Positions 20,082-28,643 of a stretch of DNA of 64,000 bases are shown one piece after another. A program made the translations under genes and the position numbers. The stretch spans positions 75,197 to 139,196 of the forward strand of contig CAWKBC010000007.1 of the NCBI GenBank assembly GCA_963847705.1. Reading direction: 5' to 3'. The notes below the pieces were generated by a model. That model did no database searches and was not told where the DNA came from. It saw only the letters and a program-made list of their open reading frames with translations. The DNA is from an uncultured Pseudomonadota bacterium. Lineage in GTDB: Bacteria > Myxococcota_A > Polyangia > Fen-1088. The first letter of the stretch is position 1. Each line of letters starts with the position of its first letter.

Positions 20082-21407
20082 CTAGGCGACGCGGGCCGGC
20101 GCCTTGTCCAGTGAGCGGAAGGTGAGGCCGTACCAGGCGATGTAGACGTAGCAGAGGCCGGCCACCACGAAGCCGTGGTGGATCCCGATCGCATCGGCCA
20201 AGGCGCCCTGCACCACGGGGACGATGGCGCCCCCCACGATGGCCATGCAGAGGATGCCCGAGCCCTGGCTGGTGTGCCTCCCCAGCCCCTCGATCGCCAG
20301 CGTGAAGATGGTCGGGAACATGATCGAGTTGAAGAGTCCGACCGCGATGACGGACCACATCGCCACCGAGCCGTGCGTCGTCATCGTCACCAGGACCAGC
20401 GCGACCACCGCCAGCGCATGGATCGTCAGCACCTTGGTCGGCTTCCAGATCCGCAGCGTCAGCGTCCCGATGAAGCGGCCCACCATCGCGCCGCCCCAGT
20501 AGAACGAGACCAGCCGCGCGCCTGCCGATTCGGTCAGGCCGCCGATGGCCGGCTCCTTGAAGTAGTTGACGAGGAAGCTGCCGATGGCGACCTCGCCGCC
20601 GACGTAGAGAAAGATCGCCACCGCGCCGAGAACCAGGTGGCGGTAGCTCCAGGCGCTCTTGCGATCGTCGGCGCCACCGGCCTCGGAAAGAGGCGTGACG
20701 TCTTCGATCTTCGGGAGCCTGAACATCGCGATGGCGACCGCCAGCACGACCAGCGTCGCCGCCAGCCCGATGTACGGTCGCTGCACGGAGGAGGCCTCGG
20801 CGAGTCGATAGGCGTCGGCCGCTGTCGGGCTCATCTGGGCGATCTGGGCCGCCGATTTGGCGGCGGTGGAGAGAATCAACAGCGATCCGAACTGGGGCGC
20901 GATGGTCGTCCCCAGCGAGTTGAACGCCTGCGTGAGCGTGAGGCGCGAGGAGGCGGTCTCCGGCTTGCCGAGCGCGGCGACGAAGGGGTTCGCGGCGACC
21001 TGGAGCAGCGTGATTCCCGAGGCCAGCACGAAGAGCGCCAGCAAGAACAGGTTGTACGAGCGCGCCGCCGCCGCCGGATAAAACATCAGGCAGCCGGCCG
21101 CCGCTCCCCCGAGGCCGATGATGATTCCGTTCTTGTAGCCGAAGCGGGTGACGATCTTCCCCGACGGCAGAGACATCACGAAGTAGGCCGTGAAGAACGC
21201 GAACTGGATCAGCATCGCCTTGGCGTAGCTCAGCTCGAACACCGCCTTGAGGTGCGGGATGATGATGTCGTTGAGGCAGGTCAGGAACCCCCACATGAAG
21301 AAGAGGGTCGTGAGGACCGCCAACGGCGCCGTGTAGTTCGCGTCCTGCCCTGCCCGCCGCATGGTTGCTGCGCGTTCAAGGGGGGTGACGGGAATCGTTC
21401 CGGCCAT
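20082..21407 (-). CDS. MFS sugar:H+ symporter (FucP/GluP glucose-galactose family)
   Basis: [54 protein letters not shown]; about 12 TM segments. Confidence 0.93.
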   Translation of the reverse strand: MAGTIPVTPLERAATMRRAGQDANYTAPLAVLTTLFFMWGFLTCLNDIIIPHLKAVFELSYAKAMLIQFAFFTAYFVMSLPSGKIVTRFGYKNGIIIGLGGAAAGCLMFYPAAAARSYNLFLLALFVLASGITLLQVAANPFVAALGKPETASSRLTLTQAFNSLGTTIAPQFGSLLILSTAAKSAAQIAQMSPTAADAYRLAEASSVQRPYIGLAATLVVLAVAIAMFRLPKIEDVTPLSEAGGADDRKSAWSYRHLVLGAVAIFLYVGGEVAIGSFLVNYFKEPAIGGLTESAGARLVSFYWGGAMVGRFIGTLTLRIWKPTKVLTIHALAVVALVLVTMTTHGSVAMWSVIAVGLFNSIMFPTIFTLAIEGLGRHTSQGSGILCMAIVGGAIVPVVQGALADAIGIHHGFVVAGLCYVYIAWYGLTFRSLDKAPARVA

Positions 21408-21491
21408 TTTTGCCCTTCCAGACGCGCGACGGCGCGGGGCGGCGACCATAACCGGCGCTCACCGCGCCGTCAAACGCGGCCGTGCAGCGTC

Positions 21492-21785
21492 TCAGGCCAG
21501 CGCGGACTGCGGCGGGCGCGGAGCGGGCGGCGGGGGCGCATCGGGCAGAACGATGTTGAGCTCGAGGACCTCGCAACCGCCGCTCTTGTCCAGGTTCACG
21601 GTCACGTGCCCGAGGTCGATCTTCTCGTAGCGAGCGATGACGGCCAGCAGCTCCTGCTGCAGCTGAGGCAGGTAGTCGACACCGCTGCGGGTGCCGGCGC
21701 GCTCGCGCGCGACGATGATCGACAGGCGGTCCTTGGCCAACGTCGCCGATTTGGGAGCCTTCCGGAAGTAGTCGAAAAACGCCAT
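21492..21785 (-). CDS. minE: Cell division topological specificity factor MinE
   Basis: SATLAKDRLSIIVARER, DYLPQLQQELLAVI, LELNIVLP; RBS AGGAGAGG. Confidence 0.95.
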   Translation of the reverse strand: MAFFDYFRKAPKSATLAKDRLSIIVARERAGTRSGVDYLPQLQQELLAVIARYEKIDLGHVTVNLDKSGGCEVLELNIVLPDAPPPPAPRPPQSALA

Positions 21786-21807
21786 GGTGGACCTCTCCTT
21801 CGGACGG

Positions 21808-22626
21808 TTAGCCGAACAGGCGGCCGAAGAAACCGCGCTTCTCTTCCTCGATGAAGCGGTGTTCCCGCTCCTGCCCGAGGTAGCGGTAGACCACGTCGAG
21901 GTAGGCCTGCGCGACGTCGGTCGTCTCGTCGAGGATGGCCGGCGCGCCCTTGTTGGACGACTGCAGCACCGCCTTCGACTCGGGGATCACGCCGAGCAGC
22001 GGAATCCCCAGCAGCTCGAGGACGTCGCCCACGCTCAGCATCTCGCCGCGCTTGACCATCATCGGCGAGTAGCGGGTGAGGAGGAGGTGGGTGCGGATGG
22101 CCGGACCGCCGATCTCGGCGCGGCTGGTCTTGGCGGCGAGCAACCCGAGGACGCGGTCGGAGTCGCGCACCGACGAGACCTCGGGGTTGGTCACGACGAT
22201 GGCCTCGTCGGCGAAGTACATGGCCATCTGGGCCCCCTTCTCGATGCCGGCGGGCGAGTCGCAGATGATGTACTCGAACCCCATCTGCTTGAGCTCCTCG
22301 ATGATCCGGCCGACCCCCTCGGGATCGAGCGCGTCCTTGTCGCGCGTCTGCGACGCCGGCAGGACGTAGAGGTTCTCGACCCGCTTGTCGCGGATCAGCG
22401 CCTGCTGCAGCTTGGCCTCGTTGCGCAGGACGTTGACGAAGTCGTAGACGACCCGCCGCTCGCATCCCATCACCAGATCGAGGTTGCGCAGCCCGACGTC
22501 GAAATCGATCGCGACGGTCTTCTTCCCCTGGAGGGCGATCCCGGTCGAGATGTTGGCGCTGGTGGTGGTCTTGCCAACCCCGCCCTTGCCTGAAGTAACG
22601 ACGACGACTTTGGACGCATTCGACAC
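21808..22626 (-). CDS. minD: Septum site-determining ATPase MinD
   Basis: TSGKGGVGKTT, DFDVGLRNLDLVMGCERRVVYD, DSPAGIE, PEVSSVRDSDR, C-terminal membrane-targeting GFFGRLFG; GTG start after GGAGG. Confidence 0.97.
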   Translation of the reverse strand: MSNASKVVVVTSGKGGVGKTTTSANISTGIALQGKKTVAIDFDVGLRNLDLVMGCERRVVYDFVNVLRNEAKLQQALIRDKRVENLYVLPASQTRDKDALDPEGVGRIIEELKQMGFEYIICDSPAGIEKGAQMAMYFADEAIVVTNPEVSSVRDSDRVLGLLAAKTSRAEIGGPAIRTHLLLTRYSPMMVKRGEMLSVGDVLELLGIPLLGVIPESKAVLQSSNKGAPAILDETTDVAQAYLDVVYRYLGQEREHRFIEEEKRGFFGRLFG

Positions 22627-22721
22627 GTGAGCCTCCTTCATGCAGCTGCCTGACGTGCAGCCACCTGAGCTCCATTGAACGAGCGTTCCCGCGACGTTCC
22701 AAATTTTTTGTGACTATTTTT

Positions 22722-22770
22722 GCGGAGACCCTGAGAGGGTTCCCGCGCCCTCCCACGACGGGCTCCGCCG
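22722..22770 (+). repeat. REP-like family A copy between minC and minD
   Basis: GCGGAGACCCT-GAG-AGGGTTCCCGC-GCCCTCCCACGACGGGCTCCGCCG. Confidence 0.75.
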
Positions 22771-22846
22771 AGACCGGGGCCCCCGCCGATGTCCGCGTCG
22801 GCGGGGTGGCTTGAAGCTCGGCTCCGCCCAGGCGATCTTCTACGTT

Positions 22847-23665
22847 TCACAGCGCGGTGATCCGGCACTCGCCGTTTTCGAGGAAGACCTGGGCGGCGCG
22901 ACCGCGCAACGCGGTCGGGATCTCCTCGGCCATCACGTAGGCGCCAGCGATCGCCACCAGCTCGGCCTCCAGCTTCTGGCAGAAGATGCGCGCGCCCGGC
23001 AGTCCGGCCGCGCCGGCCACCGCCCGCCCGCGCAGCGGCGCGTAGACGTGCAGGTGCCCGTCGGCGATCACTTGCGCGCCCGGGTTCACCGGCGCCAGCA
23101 CGACCAGATCGTTGTCACGCGCGTGGATCACCTGGCCGCCACGCACAGGCTTGGTCACCACCATCGGGCCGGCGTGCGGCGCCCGCGGGAGCGCCGCAGG
23201 AAGAGCAGCCGACGCGGTGGCGGTCGGGGCCGGCTCCGGCGCTGCGGCCTCGGCCGCCTCACTCTCGTCGGTGGCGCGCCCGCGCGGCGCGACGGGTGGG
23301 CGCCAGACCCCCAGGCCCGCCGCAGCGACGGCGCCACGGAGCTCCTCGGGGATGTTGGCCGCCGCCACCGGAACCAGCTTGCAGGCGCGCAGCGCTCTCA
23401 CGAGATCGTCGAGCACCAGCGACGACGCTCCCTCGCCGAGCCCGCCCAGATCGACCAGCACCGGCGCGTCGAGGAACAGGCTCGGCAGCTTGGCGACCTT
23501 GGCCCGCAGCTGCTGCTCGACCAGATCGACGTCCGTGCTGCGCAGCCGCAGCATCGTGAACGACGCCATCGTCCCCTTGAGGTCGAACGCCTCGGGCCGT
23601 CGCGACTTCGCCGCCGCTTGAGACCCAGTCGATGGAGACAGAGGCAGAGCTGGTGAGGCCGTCAC
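22847..23665 (-). CDS. minC: Septum site-determining protein MinC
   Basis: FDLKG, LFLDAPVLVD, PVRGGQVIHA, VNPGAQVIADGHLHVYAPLRGRAVAG, LEAELVAIAG. Confidence 0.95.
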   Translation of the reverse strand: MTASPALPLSPSTGSQAAAKSRRPEAFDLKGTMASFTMLRLRSTDVDLVEQQLRAKVAKLPSLFLDAPVLVDLGGLGEGASSLVLDDLVRALRACKLVPVAAANIPEELRGAVAAAGLGVWRPPVAPRGRATDESEAAEAAAPEPAPTATASAALPAALPRAPHAGPMVVTKPVRGGQVIHARDNDLVVLAPVNPGAQVIADGHLHVYAPLRGRAVAGAAGLPGARIFCQKLEAELVAIAGAYVMAEEIPTALRGRAAQVFLENGECRITAL

Positions 23666-23671
23666 CAGCCC

Positions 23672-23699
23672 ATTGTGAGGCGCCCGGCCCGCCCGTCAA
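23672..23699 (-). promoter_or_regulatory. Putative sigma-70 promoter of minCDE
   Basis: Minus strand TTGACG-16 nt-CACAAT, 6 nt before the GTG at 23665 (possible leaderless start). Confidence 0.35.
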
Positions 23700-23708
23700 A
23701 AAATCGCT

Positions 23709-23807
23709 TCGGGCGAGGGACAGCCTTTGCTGGCCCCCGCCCATCGCGGGAGGTTCGCGTCGGGCGAGGGACAGCCTTTGCTGGCCCGCGCCCATCGCGG
23801 GAGATTC
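23709..23807 (-). repeat. Two 48-bp direct repeats (51-bp period), hairpin-forming, sharing the family A tail
   Basis: TCGGGCGAGGGACAGCCTTTGCTGGCCC(C/G)CGCCCATCGCGGGAG(G/A)TTC at 23709 and 23760; reverse complement contains CTCCCGCGATGG. Confidence 0.85.
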
Positions 23808-23810
23808 ACT

Positions 23811-26648
23811 TCAGCTGCAGGGGGGGTCGAGGCAGATCTTGATCTGGCAGTCGGCCGTGCACGAGGAGCCGGGGGTGCCGTTGGCGCTCCCCAGGTCGCA
23901 CTGCTCGCCCTCGTCGGTGTCGACGACGGTGTCGCCGCAGCAGCTCGGGTTGGTGCAGGTCGAGGTGCAGCCCCCGCTGTTGCACGTCTTCGTGTAGGCG
24001 ACGCCATTGTTGGCGCCGTCGTCGCACTGCTCGGGACCGTTGACCGTGCCGTCGCCGCAGAAGGGCCCGTAGGTGCACGACGTCGTGCATCCGTTGTAAG
24101 CGTTGTCGTCGTTGTTCATGCCGTTGCAGGAGGCGGCCTGGGTCGTGACCCCCGCGCTGCCGCAGTCGCACTCCTCGCCGCCGGTCTGCACGCCGTCGCC
24201 GCAGAAGGGCCCGCACTGCGTCTGCGTGGTCGAAAAACCGCTCAGCGTGAGCTGGAAGTTCGATTCAGACGGATGACCGTCCCGGGTAAAGATGGCGATC
24301 TCGTAGGTGCTTCCGGTCGTCAGCCCCAAGTTGAGGGGCCGGGTCCGGCAGTCGCAGGTCGCGCTGTCGCAGTTCGGTTCTGTCGTGCTGCCATTGCTGT
24401 TGAACGCCACCTTGGTGACGGGATCGCTGCCGGTGCAGGGGATGAGATCGCCCACGTTGGCGCCCGCGGGAAGCGTCTGTCCCGGCAGATAGACCTCGCC
24501 TCCCTCTTGGGTGGTGGCCATGCCGGTTGCGTCGACATGCACCTTGCCCGGGAGGCGCTGGTGGACGCCACCCAGGTCGACGACCAGGATGCCGTTGATG
24601 AAGACGAACGTATCGTCGTCGCCGTAGAACTGCAGGTCGAAGGGACCGTTGAAGGCAAAGAGGTAACGGGCCTCCGTCGAGAACCACGAGTCGTGGAACC
24701 AACCCTGCATCGTGGGGACCCAGTTGCCGTTCGGCTCGGTGGCGAAGGAGACGCTGGGCGGGAAGAGGTACTGGTCGCCCTTGCAGCCGGCGCCACCGCC
24801 GAACGCCGTGGTGCTGGTGCTGTACGGGCTGTACCAGTAGGGCCACAGGTCGCAAAGCAGCTGCTCGCCCGAGGGCATCATGTGCGTCGCGCCCGGCCCG
24901 TTTGGGGTCCCGTTCAACGTGCCCGCGGCGCCGTTGTACACCAGGCCAGTCGTGGCGTTCATCCCCGTGAGCTCGGCGGCCGTGTAGTAGAGCGGGAACA
25001 TGTTGGTCGTCGGATCGAGCGGGAAGAAGCCGCCGAAGACGCTGTTCTGCGCGCTCGAGAACTGGTAGTAGCCGGTGTTCCCGGCCAGCGTCGCCGGCGC
25101 CAGCTCGAGAACGCCGATGGCGTGTTTGCTGGCCGTGGTGCCGTCGCTCTCATAACTGCCGTCCTGCCACCACTGTCCGAAGGTGGTCGCGCTGGTCACG
25201 ACGGGCGCGCAGCCGTGGTACATCGGGTGCCCGGACGCCCCCGAGGTGTACGTGAGGCCGTTGGTCGGGCCGTTGGCCGCCTGAGTGTAGCCCGGAACGT
25301 GGCCCCCATTGGTGTCATGGCTGAAGTCAGTGAACTGACAGTCGGCCAGCGTGGCGACGCCGTTGCAACCCATGCGTGAACTGTTGAACGTTGGCTTGCC
25401 GGTGCAGTCGAGGTTCGGCTTGGCGATATCCCACGCACGCGACGTCGAATCGTTGAGTCGGGCCGGACCGCTGGAGTTCGGAACGCAGTAGCGCTTGCTG
25501 AACGAGGTGGCCCCCGTCTGTCCCTGAACCCCGGTGATGCTGACGGCGGGGGAAACCGCCGCGCCCAGGAAGAAGAAGTCGGGGTGACCGCCGGTGACGC
25601 TCTCGTTCTTGAAGTCGCGGTACTTGACCGGGAGCTCGAGGCACTTGCCGCTGTTTCCGGCCTGCACGCAGTCGCTGGTATCAGCGATGGGGACGTTCTT
25701 GCAGGTGAACCCCGCCTCTTTCTTGCAGGTGCTGGAACAGCCGTCGCCCGACACGGTGTTGCCGTCATCGCAGTCTTCTCCCGCCTCGACGTTCCCGTTC
25801 CCGCAGACAGTCGAGCAGGCCTGCGTCGTTCCCGCCGTGCCTGCCGTGCAGGAAGCGACGGCGGCGCGGCAAATCGGCTCCTTGGTACACGTCTTGGAAC
25901 AACCGGTCCCGTCGCCGTTGAAGAGGCCGTTGATTCCGGTGCAGCCGCTCGGCACCTTCGTCGGGTCGTTGCCGCAGTCGCACGATTCACCGGTTTCGAC
26001 GACGCCATTGCCGCAGGTCGCGGTGGTGCACATCCCGGCCGCGGGAGCCCCTGACGCCGTCTTCGGACAGCTCGATGCGGGCTCGACCTGGCAGGTCGGC
26101 GAGCAACCATCACCCGCGGTCGTGTTGCCGTCATCGCAGGCTTCGGTCCCTTCGATGACGCCGTCGCCGCAGATCGGAATGCAGGGCTTTCCCGGAACGG
26201 GACAGCGCCACCCGGTCTCGACGGTCAGGCAGTCGCTCGAGCAACCGTCGCCGCTGGTCGTATTCCCGTCGTCGCAGGCCTCGGGCGCGGTGAGGATCCC
26301 GTCGCCACAGATGTCGTTGCGCATGCAGGGCTGCCCGACGGTCGGACAGATCCATCCTTTTTCGATCTGGCAGAGCGGCGTGCAGCCGTCGCCACCCACC
26401 TTGTTGCCGTCATCGCACTTCTCGCCGGGATCGAGCATCGAGTTCCCGCAGGTCATTGCGGCGTTCCCGATGTCGACGCTCCCGGCGTCGACGATGATGT
26501 GGCCGCCGCTCCCATTGTTGCCGCCCTTGCCGCTGCCGTTGCCGGAGCCGCCGGTGCCAGTGCCGGCTTTCGGTGTGACACCGGCGCAGCCAGCAACAAT
26601 GAGCCCAAAGATAATCGCCGAAACACTTAAGCTACGGGGGAGCTTCAT
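23811..26648 (-). CDS. Lipoprotein with myxobacterial Cys-rich repeats (DUF4215-like) and fibro-slime domain
   Basis: Lipobox IVAGC; repeats CGDG..E.CDDGN..SGDGCS..C; YRDFK...HPDF; FSTEARYLF...FYGDDDTFVFINGILVVDLGGVH; SNFQLTLSGF. Confidence 0.9.
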   Translation of the reverse strand: MKLPRSLSVSAIIFGLIVAGCAGVTPKAGTGTGGSGNGSGKGGNNGSGGHIIVDAGSVDIGNAAMTCGNSMLDPGEKCDDGNKVGGDGCTPLCQIEKGWICPTVGQPCMRNDICGDGILTAPEACDDGNTTSGDGCSSDCLTVETGWRCPVPGKPCIPICGDGVIEGTEACDDGNTTAGDGCSPTCQVEPASSCPKTASGAPAAGMCTTATCGNGVVETGESCDCGNDPTKVPSGCTGINGLFNGDGTGCSKTCTKEPICRAAVASCTAGTAGTTQACSTVCGNGNVEAGEDCDDGNTVSGDGCSSTCKKEAGFTCKNVPIADTSDCVQAGNSGKCLELPVKYRDFKNESVTGGHPDFFFLGAAVSPAVSITGVQGQTGATSFSKRYCVPNSSGPARLNDSTSRAWDIAKPNLDCTGKPTFNSSRMGCNGVATLADCQFTDFSHDTNGGHVPGYTQAANGPTNGLTYTSGASGHPMYHGCAPVVTSATTFGQWWQDGSYESDGTTASKHAIGVLELAPATLAGNTGYYQFSSAQNSVFGGFFPLDPTTNMFPLYYTAAELTGMNATTGLVYNGAAGTLNGTPNGPGATHMMPSGEQLLCDLWPYWYSPYSTSTTAFGGGAGCKGDQYLFPPSVSFATEPNGNWVPTMQGWFHDSWFSTEARYLFAFNGPFDLQFYGDDDTFVFINGILVVDLGGVHQRLPGKVHVDATGMATTQEGGEVYLPGQTLPAGANVGDLIPCTGSDPVTKVAFNSNGSTTEPNCDSATCDCRTRPLNLGLTTGSTYEIAIFTRDGHPSESNFQLTLSGFSTTQTQCGPFCGDGVQTGGEECDCGSAGVTTQAASCNGMNNDDNAYNGCTTSCTYGPFCGDGTVNGPEQCDDGANNGVAYTKTCNSGGCTSTCTNPSCCGDTVVDTDEGEQCDLGSANGTPGSSCTADCQIKICLDPPCS

Positions 26649-26739
26649 GCTGCGGACGATAGCTCTGCTGAATTCTCCTTGCGCAGACAAATGATCAACC
26701 CGAAACAAATCGGGAGGATGACCTGCGACATGTGGGCGT

Positions 26740-27138
26740 TTATCGCCCTAGTCGGCCGCGCTCACGGGCTGCCCGCGCGATGGCCGCCCAGCGCCGGTTG
26801 TCGCCGGCCGCCTCGAGCTTCTCGGAACGAGACAACCCCTTGATTGCGCGTTCGATTCTGAGCGCCGTCCCCTGGTCCCGGCAGCGGTGGGCAGAGAGCA
26901 GAACGATCGGCCCGCGCCCCCGGGTGTAGCGCGCCCCTTTCCCGGACCCATGAGCCGCGATCCGGGCCGGCACGTCGCGGGCGATACCGCAGTAGAGCGT
27001 CCCGTCCCCACAGCGCACGAGATAGACCCACCAGGCACCGCCAGCAACCGCTGTCCCGCCGGCAACCGCTGTCCCGCGGGCGACGGCTCTCCGGCCGGCG
27101 ATCCCCGTCCCGTCGGCGACGGCTGTCCTGCCCGCCAC
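26740..27138 (-). CDS. GIY-YIG nuclease family protein (small YhbQ/YazA-like) with repetitive N-terminus
   Basis: WVYLVRCGDGTLYCGI...RIAAHGSGKGARYTRGRGP...ALRIERAIK; N-terminal xGTAVA hexapeptide repeats; start uncertain. Confidence 0.85.
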   Translation of the reverse strand: MAGRTAVADGTGIAGRRAVARGTAVAGGTAVAGGAWWVYLVRCGDGTLYCGIARDVPARIAAHGSGKGARYTRGRGPIVLLSAHRCRDQGTALRIERAIKGLSRSEKLEAAGDNRRWAAIARAARERGRLGR

Positions 27139-27152
27139 GGCAGTCCCGCGCG

Positions 27153-28637
27153 CTACGGCAGTAACGTCTCGCCCATCAGATAGCGATCGACGCCGCGGGC
27201 GGCGGCGCGACCTTCGGCAATCGCCCAGACGATCAACGACTGGCCGCGCGCCATGTCGCCCGCCGCGAAGACGCCGCCGACGCTGGTCGCCTTCTCACCG
27301 TCGACGGCGACGTTGCCGCGCCCGTCGAGGGTCACGCCGAGCTCGGTCAAGAGGCCCGGCTTCTCGGGACCGACGAATCCCATCGCCAGCAGCACCAGCT
27401 CCGCCGGCCAGACGCGCTCGCTGCCGGGCTTCTCTTTCATCGCCAGGCGGCCATCGCCGTTCTTCGCCCACTCGACCTCGATCGTGTGCAGCTCTTTGAC
27501 GTTGCCGGCGCTGTCACCGACGAGCCCCTTGGTCACCGTCACGTACTGGCGCGGGTCGGCGCCGAAGAGGGCCGCCGCCTCCTCTTGCCCGTAGTCGAGC
27601 TTGTAGATGCGCGGCCACTGCGGCCAGGGGTTGTCGTCCGCGCGCAGCGTCGGCGGGCGCGGCAGGATCTCGAACTGCACCAGGCTCTTGCAGCCGTGGC
27701 GCAGGGAGGTCCCCACGCAGTCGGTGCCGGTGTCGCCGCCGCCGATCACGATGACGTTCTTCCCCTTGGCGTCGATGTACTGGCCGTCGGCGAAGTTGCT
27801 GTCGAGCAGGCTCTTGCAGCTCTTCTGCAGGAACTCCATGGCGAAGTGAACGCCGCCCAGGTTCCGCCCCTCGAGGGGGAGATCGCGGGCGGCGGTGGCG
27901 CCGCCGCAGAGCACGATGGCGTCGAACGACGCACGCAGCTTGTCGGTCGGATAGTTCTGCCCGATGTGCGCGCCGGTGACGAACTTGATCCCTTCCTCGG
28001 CCAGCAGGTTCACGCGCCGGTCGACGATCTGCTTCTCCAGCTTCATGGGCGGGATGCCGTACATCAAGAGGCCGCCGATCCGATCGTCGCGCTCGAACAC
28101 GGTCACCGTGTGGCCGGCCCGGTTGAGCTGCGCCGCGCAGGCCAGGCCGGCCGGTCCCGAGCCGACGACAGCGACCGTCTTGCCGGTCCGTCGCAGCGGC
28201 GGCTCGGCGACGATCCATCCCTCCGCGAACCCCTTGTCGACGATCGCGCACTCGATGCTCTTGATGCTGACCGCCGGCTCGCTGATGCCGAGCACGCACG
28301 AGCCTTCACAGGGCGCTGGACAGACGCGGCCGGTGAACTCGGGGAAGTTGTTGGTCTTGTGCAGGCGCAGCAAGGCCTCGTGCCACTGTCCGCGGTAGAC
28401 GAGGTCATTCCACTCGGGGATGAGGTTGTTGATCGGACAACCCGAAGCCCCCCCCGGCAGGATGGTCCCCGTGTGGCAGAAGGGGACGCCGCAATCCATG
28501 CAGCGCGCGCCCTGCTCCTTCAGGGTCGCCTCCGGCAGGTGGTCGTGGAACTCCTTCCAGTCGCGCACGCGCGTGTGCGGATCGCGGCCGGGGTCCTCGC
28601 GCCGCTCGAACTCCATGAAGCCAGTCAGCTTACCCAT
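27153..28637 (-). CDS. gltD: Glutamate synthase small subunit
   Basis: [60 protein letters not shown]. Confidence 0.98.
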   Translation of the reverse strand: MGKLTGFMEFERREDPGRDPHTRVRDWKEFHDHLPEATLKEQGARCMDCGVPFCHTGTILPGGASGCPINNLIPEWNDLVYRGQWHEALLRLHKTNNFPEFTGRVCPAPCEGSCVLGISEPAVSIKSIECAIVDKGFAEGWIVAEPPLRRTGKTVAVVGSGPAGLACAAQLNRAGHTVTVFERDDRIGGLLMYGIPPMKLEKQIVDRRVNLLAEEGIKFVTGAHIGQNYPTDKLRASFDAIVLCGGATAARDLPLEGRNLGGVHFAMEFLQKSCKSLLDSNFADGQYIDAKGKNVIVIGGGDTGTDCVGTSLRHGCKSLVQFEILPRPPTLRADDNPWPQWPRIYKLDYGQEEAAALFGADPRQYVTVTKGLVGDSAGNVKELHTIEVEWAKNGDGRLAMKEKPGSERVWPAELVLLAMGFVGPEKPGLLTELGVTLDGRGNVAVDGEKATSVGGVFAAGDMARGQSLIVWAIAEGRAAARGVDRYLMGETLLP

Positions 28638-28643
28638 GACTGC

